Positions 52,195-63,690 of a DNA stretch of 64,000 nt are shown piece after piece. The notes under the pieces are model-generated. The model saw only the letters and a list, made by a program, of their open reading frames with translations, was not told the origin of the DNA and did no database searches. The stretch is taken from the NCBI GenBank assembly GCA_051294905.1, contig CM119371.1, positions 20,958,001 through 21,022,000 of the forward strand, in the 5' to 3' direction. The position numbers were made by a program, and so were the translations under genes. Origin of the DNA: Botryllus schlosseri (lineage: Eukaryota). Every line of letters starts with the position of its first letter. The stretch's first letter is position 1.

Positions 52195-54242
52195 CCCTTT
52201 GTGGACTGAATATATTCTCTATGGTTGGAAAAATTATTTCTATGCGTAACTTTAATTGTTTTGCCTCAACTTAGACATTGGTCAACAAAATTTTAATTTT
52301 CCTTTTATTATTAAATATTTTAAATGTTTGTCGCAAATTTGCGACATCAGGCTTTCGCGACAAAAATCGAAACAAAACAGGTCAATTTTGACAATTGAAA
52401 TTATTGGTCAAAATTAGCCAAACAGGTATAGTTTTTGTTCAGGCACAGATGTACATGACATTTGACACATTTTATAACAGGTTGTTCGTCATGGGTATGT
52501 CTCTTGCATCTCTGCCTGGTGTCCATGGAAGGCGTGTGACCCACTTGTTCACGTTGGGGTGGGCTTTGTTGGTCCTCTTTTCATTTTCTTATGATACTCC
52601 TGCTGGATACAGAGAGATGACCTCGGTCTTTTTCCCCTGTCACTAATTTTCCATACGTTACCAGGTATTCTGCATATAATTTGGTGCAAGCAGATATTTT
52701 TGCATCTGTTGCGGAAATTGTACAAAAAAAGTCTCGTCAGTACAGCAATTAACTATTGACGACAGCAATATCAACCAAATTTCAATTTTACTAACGGGAT
52801 TAGCTTTGAGAAAGGTACTGGCCAGTATCACACTGCGATTGTCATACCACTTTACTGCCCAAATACTAACGCCGGCCAGAGAAACCTCCTTTACTACAAA
52901 TCTCACTCTCCTTGTCCTGAAGTCTGTGCCATTACTGAATTGACCGCCACTCAGTATGTTTGATCGCACGTTTGATCCTACTGCAAAAAATCACATGCGA
53001 GATGAACTATGAGCAAGAAAGATTTGATCTGCTTCCATCGATCTCGGGACATGATGTCAGAAACTTTATCATATCTAGTATCATTGGCCCATTACAAATA
53101 GGATCTTGGCATTTTCACGATAGACATATGCATGCAACTTCCCAAGCCTTTTTCAATACCGTCTCCAGTCATCTACATTGCCTTCGTTGGATTAGTTTGA
53201 ACGGCAAATAAATTGCTCTCATAAACAATCCAGTCCAGCAATTCCGCTCCAACAAAATATTCGATATATGCGTGCGGAGAAGAAATAGAATAGTCACTGT
53301 CGAGCAATTCTGCCTTCCATTAGGAAAGTAGTAGCCAGGGATCTTTTCACCTTGAATTGTTTTCCATACTGGTTTTCGTTTCGGTTCATGCGGTGTACAT
53401 GCTATGACCCGGTGTTTTCCCTTTCCCTACTTTTAAAAACACGATTGAGGAATCTTCATCAGATTCATCGGTACAAGAGGATTCATCCGAACTCATTTAT
53501 CACATAGCAGCAGAAGTTGCTGCAGTAGAACGTTCTTCATCGTCAGAATCACTGCCACCATCTTTACTGCCTTTCCAGTTTACCGTCACTTGATGAGTGA
53601 TTTTTCCCCATAAACACATCTGGTATCCATTTCCGCAACAGCAATTTCTGATTGAAATTATTGACAATATTTGTTACTTTTTAGCACTATTCTAGTAGTT
53701 AGTTTACATATTTATTGTCATTATGTGATGTATCAAGGCACTTTCTTGACTCGTGAAGTTGGTGAATCTATTCCCCTCTTTTCTCACGTAAATACCTATT
53801 CCATATGGAAATATTTCAGTAGTAGGAATGTTGTCAGAATTTACCAACAAAGGGCTAATGACGCAAATTCGCATCACTCCCCATTTTCAACTTTGCCAAG
53901 AAGTATAACACATTATTGATCCAAAACACTTCTGGCTATGTGATTTATGGTGTAAAGAATCCTATACATATTTTTATAAACGAATATACTCACCAAATTC
54001 TTCGACCGCGAAGCAACAAAGAACGTGGGTCCATTGACTTCACTCAGACATGCCAATGAAACAAACAACGTCCGGGACACCCACCTTTCACTCCAAACAC
54101 TCTATTTTAAAAGGCGCCAAAGGGATGTTCAGAATGTGTACTTTCTGCGACGGCCGTCGTGGCCATGCCAAGTATGCGTGAAGTCAGTACAAAATGATGT
54201 AATTCGGTATGTACCGAATTTGTTACGCTAGTCCACAAAGGG
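52195..54242 (-). mobile_element. Degenerate piggyBac transposon with ATAT target-site duplication
   Basis: 13-bp TIR CCCTTTGTGGACT at both ends; ATAT on both flanks; minus-strand AVKWYDNRSVILASTF and C-terminal KCVKCHVHLCLNKNYTC. Confidence 0.9.
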
Positions 54243-54314
54243 ATATCTACGTGATTACTGAGTAGTTCATTATTGTACTGCAAATTTTTGAAACATATAT
54301 TTTCTTTTCAATAG

Positions 54315-54514
54315 TCTTGGATTGATCCTCAAATTCGTCCAACTGATGTCGACTCTTTGGACGGAGCCCCCTGGATCTACCGTGCCTGCGCTATCAGACA
54401 ATGTTGACAGTGACGTGAGGACTGAGGAGTCGTTCGTAACGGGTTTTGTGCCGGCACAGTCATCTTATGCGATACAGACCTTTGTCTCAAGAACCCATGG
54501 ATACATATGATTAT
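54315..54514 (+). pseudogene. Decayed G-domain exon B, copy 1
   Basis: ttttcaatag|SWIDPQIR...|gtaagc; frameshifted with stops; paralog of 55563-55753. Confidence 0.55.
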
Positions 54515-54885
54515 GTAAGCCTATTTATTTATTTTTTATATCACCATTGATTATGTAATTTCCTGGTTTTTGCAGTCCTACTTTTCTCACGAACCATCTC
54601 GCAGAGTAGCCTACGGACTATTCGGTATGAGCTGAAAAAGGCTTCATCTGTGTACACTGTACAGTGTACACTGAACACTGAACAGAGATGTAGTTGAACG
54701 TAATGAGCTCATCTAACTTGTACTTTAACTATTGCTTACTGAGCTATAATGGGCTAGGTCAGTGGTTCTCAACCTGGGGGGCTGAGCACCTCTCTTGCGC
54801 TTCTGTAACCTACCTGTGTGAAATATTTATATTTACTTCTGCATAATATTTACAATTTTCCTTTGGTGTTTATCATATTTTCTAG

Positions 54886-55005
54886 GAGCAGCATTTGGAT
54901 TTGACCTGTAAAAAGATGGAGCCGCCATGGCACGCCACGAATCAGGGACTCATCAAGCCTGGGTTGCGGCTGATGGAAAGAATATGAAAATGCCCTAATG
55001 TTCAG
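54886..55005 (+). pseudogene. Decayed G-domain exon C, copy 1, truncated at the duplication junction
   Basis: ttttctag|EQHLDLTCKKMEPPWHATNQGLIKPGLRLMERI*K vs atlastin [31 protein letters not shown]. Confidence 0.55.
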
Positions 55006-55562
55006 GTAGTATGTATTGCAATTGGCACCATTTTGAAATGCATTTGGTGTTTAAAATACTGGTAAGCATCGCAACGTTTCTTAAGTAAGCTGGTATATCC
55101 TTAGATAATAAATTTGATTCTGCTGCATTAGGTTATTTTTATGAATGTTTGCTGGTAAAATTTCACTAAAATGATTAACAATCCAGGAAAGTATGCTACC
55201 CGTGCTGGAGTAAAATTGGTGGAAAGGTGACATGCAACTTTCCATTCCATCAATTAATTGTTCTATGAAAGACACCCTTTTGTCACATACAATTGTATCC
55301 AGTCTGATATCTGCGTGAATACCGAATGCTGGTGACGTCATATTTTGTGATACGATTGTTGATATACAACATTCTTTTGAATTCTCTACTAGTTGCTGAT
55401 GATTACCCCTGACGAGTCTCAGCCAAAAATATTTGGGCACATTTCAATATGCATATACTATTCAATTTTATATTGAAGTTTCGTACCTCGAAGAAGCTGT
55501 TCGAATATTGAATAGTTCCCTTGTATAGCAAATTTTTAAAACAATTATTTTCTTTTCAACAG

Positions 55563-55753
55563 TCTTGGATTGATCCTCAAATTCATCCAACTGATGTCGA
55601 CTCTTCGAAAAGAGCCCCTGGTTCTACCTTGCGTGCGCTGACAGACAATGTTGATAGTGACGTGAGGAGTCATCTGAACGGATTTTGTGCCGGTGCAGTC
55701 ATCTTTTGCGATACATACTTTTGTCTCAAGAACCCATGGAAACATGTGATTAT
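55563..55753 (+). pseudogene. Decayed G-domain exon B, copy 2
   Basis: ttttcaacag|SWIDPQI...DSDVRSHLNGFCAGAVIFCDTYFCLKN|gtaagt vs atlastin [27 protein letters not shown] (R, F, I, aromatic and L in register); 191 nt, not a multiple of 3. Confidence 0.55.
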
Positions 55754-56331
55754 GTAAGTCTATTTATTCATTTCATATATCACCATTGATTATGCAATGT
55801 GCTGGTTTTTGCAGTCCTAATTTTCTCAAAAACTATCCATATATGCCATATGAGCTGATGAAAGGCTTGATCTGTATACTGTACATTGAACAGAGGTGTA
55901 GTTGAATGTAAAGATCCGGTGTAACTTGTATTTAAACTATTGCTTACTAAACTATACTAGGACTAGGTGAACATCAAATTGAGATCATTTCCCTTAACCT
56001 GCTAATTCCAATGAATTGCGTTAATTAAATTTAATCAGAAATGAAGGATTTTGAAAGATTTACAACAGTTACAATTACCGCAATGAAGGAAAAGTATTCA
56101 CACCTTCGATAAGATGTCACAAAGTTTTTGTACTAAAGACAATCAATGTGTCCTTTGTCTGATATATTTTCTCGTCTCAATTCAAAGCAGCTATAAAATC
56201 TTAGAATCAAAGCTATATGTAAAGCCTACCGTACCGTATGTCAATTATTATAACGGAAATCTGAACCCATAGGAACAACGGTTCTACTACATTTATTGTC
56301 AGATCTTGTTTGCAATCAATTATATTTTCAG

Positions 56332-56430
56332 CAAAACGAGGTTGATGAAGTCAACTGTCTCCTTCTCTAAGCCAAATTGAGAGACAAACGAATATAATCC
56401 AAGACCCGAGCGCATGTCTTATTGAAACAG
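56332..56430 (+). pseudogene. Decayed G-domain exon X
   Basis: tattttcag|...|gtaccg; 99 nt, phase 0-0; QNEVDEVNCLLL*AKL... vs atlastin [16 protein letters not shown]; two in-frame TAA. Confidence 0.55.
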
Positions 56431-56784
56431 GTACCGTAATCTTTTTGTTTTGTGGACCATACAAATTTACATAGACTTGCAACGTTCTGCTATAAATTTC
56501 ATTCTGAGTTACAGTTCTGCATTCTCACAGTTGCCTGTGCGTCTGAATGTCAATGTAACTGTCAAAATGGCAGAATTAAAAAAAAAGCAGACCTAATTAA
56601 GGATATTTTTATTAGTCGTTTTGCTAATTTTAGTCCTGCTCAGTGATTGGATTTCACATGTATCCGAGCACCTTTCCTGTGCTTCTGTAACCTACATGTC
56701 CGAAATATTTATATTTATTTCTGCATAAAATTTAGAATTTTCATTGACATATTCAAAACTTTGGAATTTAATCACATTTTAAAG

Positions 56785-57282
56785 GAGCGCAACTTGGAGT
56801 CGACCAGTAAAAAGAAGCAAACACCATGACACGCCACAAATCAGAGATTCACCGAGCCTGGATTGCAGCTGATGGCAAGAATATAAAAATGCTTCATTGA
56901 AAATGGAGTATTCAGAAACATTGTTGACGTTTTGAGCTGCTATGCATTGGATTGTCACACCTTTAAGTAGTGGTTCTCAAACAGGAGAAAGCATTTGAAG
57001 GGGCATGAAGCCGCAGTCAACTAAAATCTTTTTCGCACATGGCAGCTTGTAATTATTTCTCTGTGTATGGTCAGAATTTAATGTTTGAATATTCTCTCAT
57101 CAACAACCATTACCGTCACTGCCATCCAACTATCCGTTGGGATTTCTGGTTGCTTTTTTAATTTTATGATACGACGATAAGGGGTGTATGAAATTTTTTG
57201 CTATCATAAGTGGGGTGTGCCCAAAAATGTTTGAGAACCAATGCCCTAATGACTTCCAGATTTCATTTTTTGCAGCAGACTG
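56785..57282 (+). pseudogene. Decayed G-domain exon C, copy 2, interrupted by a MITE (56968-57243)
   Basis: ttttaaag|ERNLESTSKKKQTP*...PGLQLMARI*K...FRNIVDVLSCYALD vs atlastin IHSCFTNISCFLLP; frame resumes after the MITE and TSD and runs to a phase-1 donor gtaaat. Confidence 0.55.
56968..57243. mobile_element. MITE (hAT)
   Basis: TAGTGGTTCTCAAAC / GTTTGAGAACCAATG; degenerate TSD cctttaag/ccctaatg. Confidence 0.7.
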
Positions 57283-57650
57283 GTAAATAATAACAAAATC
57301 TTTTCTATAAATCTGCAGAATTTGTATGGACTCAAAGAAACAATTCTTTGTTGTTCAAACTAAAGTGATTGGCATTAACCTGATACAAATACTTGTAATG
57401 CAAGCACTAGAATATTTTTGATGCCTGGTTAGCAGGCCCAATTTCATTAAGAGTGAAAAAATACTTATGGTTGGTTATCATGGTAGTGGTAGTGATACTG
57501 ATACATTCATTGTTTGTTTGTTTATAATAAAATTAGGAATTTACAAACCATAATTTGATTAGTTTTATATAAGTTGTAATGATTTGTGATGATCATATTT
57601 TCCGCTGTTGATCATGTTTTCCGCTAACGGACGTAACCAATTAATTTGAG

Positions 57651-57894
57651 TCCATGCCCCTGTCACAAGAGTTTCAGATACTAAATGATATTTTGTTATC
57701 ACTATCCCAATGCATTCATTTTCATGATTGAGCGAGTTGCATGATATTTGTTGTGAGTTTGCTCTTAATCATTTGTGATGTTCGTAATTTCATGGACTAT
57801 TCCGGAAACGGTTTCAACTGCTGATTTGAATTTATGAAACCCTGTCACAGCAGCTATTGGAAATTTGAATGTTTGCACGTATTTAATAACCCAG
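57651..57894 (+). pseudogene. Possible decayed final G-domain exon D
   Basis: LSQEFQILNDILLSL...ICDVRNFMDY loosely resembles atlastin [16 protein letters not shown]...ITCRGLVEY; several stops; donor cag|gttggg; acceptor uncertain. Confidence 0.3.
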
Positions 57895-58386
57895 GTTGGG
57901 TATTATAAACGTCATTTATTATTGAATCAATAAAATCTGATTTTATTTTGAGCCCTGCGTTCCGGTGACTAGTCAACCAGCCACTTTGAGACTGAACACT
58001 TTTTAGGTAAACACCTTTAATTTAAACACTTCGCAACACCTTTAGGCGTTCAATTTTTGGATCACGTTTCGTGTTCAATTTTCCGGGTTGAGCAACACTT
58101 CAAAACTTAGAGTGTAGAACTTCAATTTTCAGTGCTGTACACGAAAAAAAGATTCTCGATTAAATATATAAGATTCGTTCTCTGTGCGCAGTTTGGTATA
58201 ATTCGCTCTCCAACTCATTCATACTGAAATTTCCAAATGAATAATAAAAGTGAAAAGTTTTGAGTACGTGAAAAGTACGTGAAGAGGCAAGTTTGACACA
58301 GTACGCCTGATATGCTGCTTATGACGCTGTGAGCATTGTGTATATTGAAGTTGAACAAACGCTGAATCAGCATAGATCTACTAGCT

Positions 58387-60570
58387 CAGTGGGTATCAAC
58401 CTTTTTCATCTCCCCTTGGCCGATCTTTGAGCCAAAATTCCTCCCTAAGAAAAAGTTTCCCGGTGACTAAAAATGGTGCTTTTTTACGACAACCATTTGT
58501 CGACTGGGCAATATATGCCCAAATATATTCAGATATGCATGCCCAAACTATGTCGAATGTGATCCGCATTGTTACACTTTGGTAAAGTACCGCGGGCTAC
58601 TTTCATATCAATTATTTAGCACTAGGTTTATTTATTGTTATTTGGGGATTTACTAAATCAAAAGAAATTAGGTCATCACTTTCCGTTATGGTAGCATTGC
58701 TCTAAATTTGACATGTTTTTTCTGCCGTTTAGGTAGCTCCTGACTACAAATAAATCACCAAGTTTGCTTTTGCGATGACGTTGAGTTGAATCGATGACTT
58801 CACATGTTTTTCACGTTGGCTCAGATGTTGGTCTAAAAAGATGAATATTTTCCGAGGCGGTCTTCTGTGCTGCATTCGGCATGACTTTTCCCTGCTTAGT
58901 GGCAATTTGGTCTCTAGAGGTCAAACGAAATTTTCTCGCGAGCCTCACATTTTCAGGGGGTGGAATTTCTACAGAAAAAAAAGATTATAAAAAGCATTTA
59001 ACCATATATCTATAGCTAAGAACAGGGTTGCCATCGACATAGACCGAAAAATAAGGACAGTCGAAAAATTAGATTAGCATGAAAAATCGTTTTTGAACAT
59101 ACTTTGTATTTATACGAGCAGTAGCATATCACATTCCATACTTTTCGCCAAAAACAATCTGCTCCAGCAACTCCTTGTTATTAGAAAATGCTTCATGGAT
59201 CTCACGAGAGCTCAGGTCTAGGTTTATCTTTACTCAGGGCCGAAACAGCACTTCGTCAGCCCCCCCCCCCAAAAAAACGTTGATCTTGCCTCCCACCCCC
59301 CATAGGGTGATAAACCAAACTTCTCCACCTCGTTGTGATTAGAGGCGTCCACCAAGATGGAAAAAGGCCGTACACCATGTTTAGACAAAATCATTTTTGA
59401 GCGTATGGAGCAAGAACTCGAGTAACAATGCTTGTAGTCTTGGTCCTGGCCGAAAAAATATTTGTGATGTTGGAATCGGCAAATATTGTTTTGAACAATT
59501 GCGATGTGAAATCGTTGGTGAGGAATGATTGCTGGTGTTTGACACTATGGAATGCCCAGGTACCCTCTGCAGCAGCAGCTGCCTTGTCGTCTGTGGTCGT
59601 TGGTGCTGATCGACTGGCTCAAATTAATCATTATGACACACTTCTTGCGTTTTGGGCTATCAATGTGAGTTGAAATAGCGGTCTTTCCTATAGCCTCCAG
59701 GTTAATGTCACAATTGCAGATATTGCTATGTGCGAAACACTCGCCCTTGGAACTTCGTTAGATATCTTTGAATTCTCTCTCATAATAGTCACGAAAAACG
59801 TTTTTACGCCTGCTCATTTTTACTAATCAGATTTAGCCTTATTAGTAGCTAAAACTATGTGTGCAAGTGCAATATAATTTAGAAAAAAATTTCAATTATT
59901 AATAGCTTTACTACTTTTTAACCAATGTGTAGACTGCACTGCGCCTTTTTTCACTACGCCTTAAATGCGGCCTTCCCCACCGCTTGAGCTTATTCTGCTG
60001 TAGACTAAACAGCAGGAACTTGGTACTGCTGTTTACTGCTAAAATGACGTCCGCCGTGGTAGCTTGGTACAGACGAAACCAATCACGGCCCGAGCTTTCT
60101 CACCACTTGGAAGTCTAATCTTATGGTGTGTACGTCACGAGAGTTCCTTTCCTTTATGATATCATAAAATCTCGATACAAAAGCATAATTTATGAATATT
60201 ATGCAACACAAATACCAGAGGAAAACGATCGAAGTTCTGTAGTGGTTGAAAATAAGACAAAATAAGGACGCAAGTCGAAAATAAGGACATTTCTTAGAAA
60301 TAAGGACAGTCGAGTTTTCTAAGACGTGGGCCTTCAAAATAAGGACAAATCTTAGAAATAAGGACGGTATGGCAACCCTGGCTAAGAATCTGCCAAAAGA
60401 AACATACAATTGTAACGAACTAGTTTCATACTTTACATTTCTGCCATAAAAGTCAAAAAATCTCGTGAACCCAGAGCATCTTGCGTTGCTACCCTATAAA
60501 GCCAGATTCCCCCCTAAAAATCTCAAAATTCTCCCCAAGGGGGGAATTCCACCCCAGTTGGGAACCACTG
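58387..60570. mobile_element. hAT family A copy 3 with nested insertion
   Basis: CAGTGGGTATCAAC...GTTGGGAACCACTG; perfect TSD tactagct. Confidence 0.88.
59023..60380. mobile_element. hAT (Blackjack-like termini) with AAATAAGGAC repeats, nested in family A
   Basis: TIRs CAGGGTTGCCAT / ATGGCAACCCTG; perfect TSD gctaagaa. Confidence 0.9.
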
Positions 60571-60745
60571 TACTAGCTGATCACGGCCCGAATACTCAAA
60601 TTTCCAACCTTTTTTAAGAATCGGCAAAACCTATTTTAATTTTGACGAATATATTTAAGATAACCAGCTTATAAAATCTCGTTAATGTTTCTAACGCATG
60701 TCCGACCATCAAACCCATGTTTAAATCATTTTGTTCTGTCTATAG

Positions 60746-62889
60746 CAGTGCTCTTCAACCGTTTTCGTCGTGGTACACCGTTTTACCGTTAGTTCGAAAC
60801 TCGTACATAACACACCGATTCCTCATAGTAAGCGTAATCTATGGATGTTCAACCTTTATGCTATTCATACCGGTTATACATAGGGGCTACATATATAGCA
60901 TAGGGACTCATTCCGGTGAGAGTGTCACATACTCCCGTGAAATTGGCTATTGGGAATCTCGCAGGAAAAGGCAACTGGAGTCCTTTTCTAGTCGCACAAG
61001 GCGCGAAAAAAAAAATCAACTGGAAAATCGATAATATCGATAGTCGATAATATCGGTTGTTTCATATATCACTGTCAAATATTTACCCAATTTCAGCTGA
61101 CGTGATTAGAATAACTGGTATATGATGATGATGCATCCTCTTGTTTTTAATAATCCCTTTGTTGCATGTTGTTATTTTTGACCTCTCACCGGGATTGTGG
61201 GCATAGCGGAAATATATATTTGAATTGCCTAAACGTACCAGATAAACTTCATTCGTCAGACGCACCCGATTATGACTTGGAATTTATTTATCGGATGCAT
61301 ATTTTCCTCTGCGGTTCGCATTTGTGCGGTGAAGCTCTGATCACACTAATACAATAAAAACGAAAAATCCAAGTCTCTACCGGGGGTCCACTAATCATTT
61401 TCAGGGGACCGCAAAATCTCCGAATTTGCAAAATGGTTCAGAACCAAATTTGTATTTTTTTGAATTAGAGAAATCAAAAGCCAGTATTTCTTCATAACTG
61501 CTAAAACTTTAAGACTCACATAAACATAATGTCCGTCTAACTAATATGAAGTATTTTACTGCGCGCACTAATTTTAATTTTCAAATTCCTAATAGATTAT
61601 TGATACAAACATATTTCGGTTTAAAGACGTTTTGTAGCGGCGCTGGATTATATTTGTTAGAAAAACAAACTATTCGGAGATATGCATAACCCCTATTCCA
61701 GAATAATTCAAGATGGGTAGGCAGATAGAAAAGACAAGGTTGGACGTTAAATGTTCCTTAAAATTATGTTTCTCAATTTGGTGCCATATTTGTTGCGATC
61801 ATATCCAAAGTTGGCGGGAGCGATACCCGTTATTATCACACTCACCACCAACAATCTTCGAGGAAATGTATTTCCGAACTATCAAATTTCAGTTGGATAT
61901 TTTCAAGACACGGCCGCGCTTTCAAGAAATGCAGCTACACGATTCATTTTGAACTAATAAAAGTCTTCCCAATTTCTATAAATAGTATGACGTTTATGGT
62001 TGCGGTCACGGTTATAAAGTCATATGCTCAAGTGCCGCATTATGTTGAATCGCATTCTCAATAGTCGACAATGACATATTCTATATCACGGCTCTTCAAT
62101 CGGGTGTTTCGTACACCATGGGATGTATCAGACCCACATTAAAATGGTTCAATGACTAGCTATCACAATAAATAGGCACGTTTATGCCTCAGAACACGAT
62201 GACTGGGTGTGCAATAGTACAGTGTTCATATCAGCTGTACGCAGTTTGTAAATTACAGTTCTTTCGTGATGTCAGAAGCAAATGCTTTTACAATCCTGAT
62301 GGGACTTCAAAAATAACAACATGCAACAAAGTGTTTAATAAACCTTTAATATGTATTATCATTAATTTGGTACCGCGAATTTTCAAAGACACCCTCTACA
62401 TCCGCTCTATCAGTTAATCCCACCACATGGGCTAAGAATGCATAAATATTTGACGGTATCATATGAAACAACCAATAGTATAGACGAGGTAGAAAAGGAG
62501 TCCAGGTGACATTTCCTAGCATTTATACTCACATTTCGGTGCATAGACATAGTAAGTTTCCGTACATCAGAAAACTTCTTTACGCAACGTATATCTCAAT
62601 GAATCAGTGATGTCAAAGAACCCCATAATGGATATCCGCGGTGTCAAGTTTCCCATAGCCCATTTATCGTGAGTATATGATTTCGAGATGCGCCTTGACG
62701 ATTATACGCCAGAGGGCGGTTGTATGTATGCTATAATTGCAATCGAAATACGGCCATGAATAGCAAAAAGGTTGATCACCCCTGTCTTAGGCTTAGCACG
62801 GAATGAGCGTGTTATGTGGACCAGGGGTGTACGAGATTCAAGTAAACGTTAAACGGGTGTACCACGACGACAAATGTTGAAGAGCACTG
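60746..62889. mobile_element. Non-autonomous hAT element, probably with internal insertions
   Basis: TIRs CAGTGCTCTTCAAC / GTTGAAGAGCACTG plus TCGTCGTGGTACACC subterminal inverted repeat; TSD gtctatag/gtctatat. Confidence 0.88.
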
Positions 62890-63107
62890 GTCTATATGTT
62901 GCCAAAAGCAGATTTCACTTGTAGTAAATAATTGATTGCCCCTTTACATTCTCTATTTCTTGCAATATGTTAATAATATAAATCTTTGTGTTAAGACGAA
63001 ATCTGAATGGAATCGGAAGGGAAAACACAAGGGCTGGACAGTGAGAAAAACCTCATTACAATGACATGCTATTGCACAATATAACACTGAGTCTTACCTT
63101 TGTTTAG

Positions 63108-63341
63108 GAAATAAAGTCACTAAGCTTGAATGATCAGGACATGCAAGATATTTACGAAGAGATGCGGCGTATCGTACTATGCGAGTATTGGTCGACTAAT
63201 CTGCAGAGCATCGAAAAATTAAGCTTGAAGTATTTGAACGTGAAGTTATTGGATGCATGGGAGCAGATTACAAAGATTACTGGACTTCAGTCGTATCTTC
63301 CATTATATCCGTTTCCTAATATAAATGACAGGGCGGATGAG
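63108..63341 (+). CDS. Helical-repeat gene, exon 14 in window (3HB-like long exon)
   Basis: cctttgtttag|...|gtcagt; 234 nt, phase 0-0, open; EIKSLSLNDQDMQDIYEEMRRIVLCEY...YLNVKLLDAWEQI...; its link to exon 13 is inferred. Confidence 0.75.
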
Positions 63342-63690
63342 GTCAGTTTATTTTCTGACTTCGACCATATGCATGCCTAATTGCTTAGTCAACAAATTGC
63401 TTGCAGCATATCAAAATAGGCAGTCTATGTGAAGCGTCTTGGCTCTCACCAGAGCAGATTTCAAAAGCGATGACTTGCATACCAATAAATTGGCGACGTA
63501 GTCCTCGCGATCCATTTAAACTATTCAAGTGATCGATCCTACTAATGCATTTCGGACTGCAATTTATTGCGATACATGTGCCATAATGGATTGGAGAAAG
63601 TCTCCTCAAAAGTTTTGCGAATACCTCTTTCCTTTTCATCAGCAATCTGACGTTGCTTAAGTGACGCGAGTAGATTTGTTCCCATTAATT

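Noticed and set aside
55678..55730. ILCRCSHLLRYILL resembling an adhesion-GPCR GPS motif
   Set aside because: Alternative frame preceded by three stops, not conserved in the duplicate copy, and no 7TM exons follow
50253..57282. Stop-codon reassignment, readthrough or selenocysteine to explain in-frame TAA/TGA
   Set aside because: Both stop types occur along with frameshifts and a MITE insertion, and the 14 open exons never use them; decay is simpler
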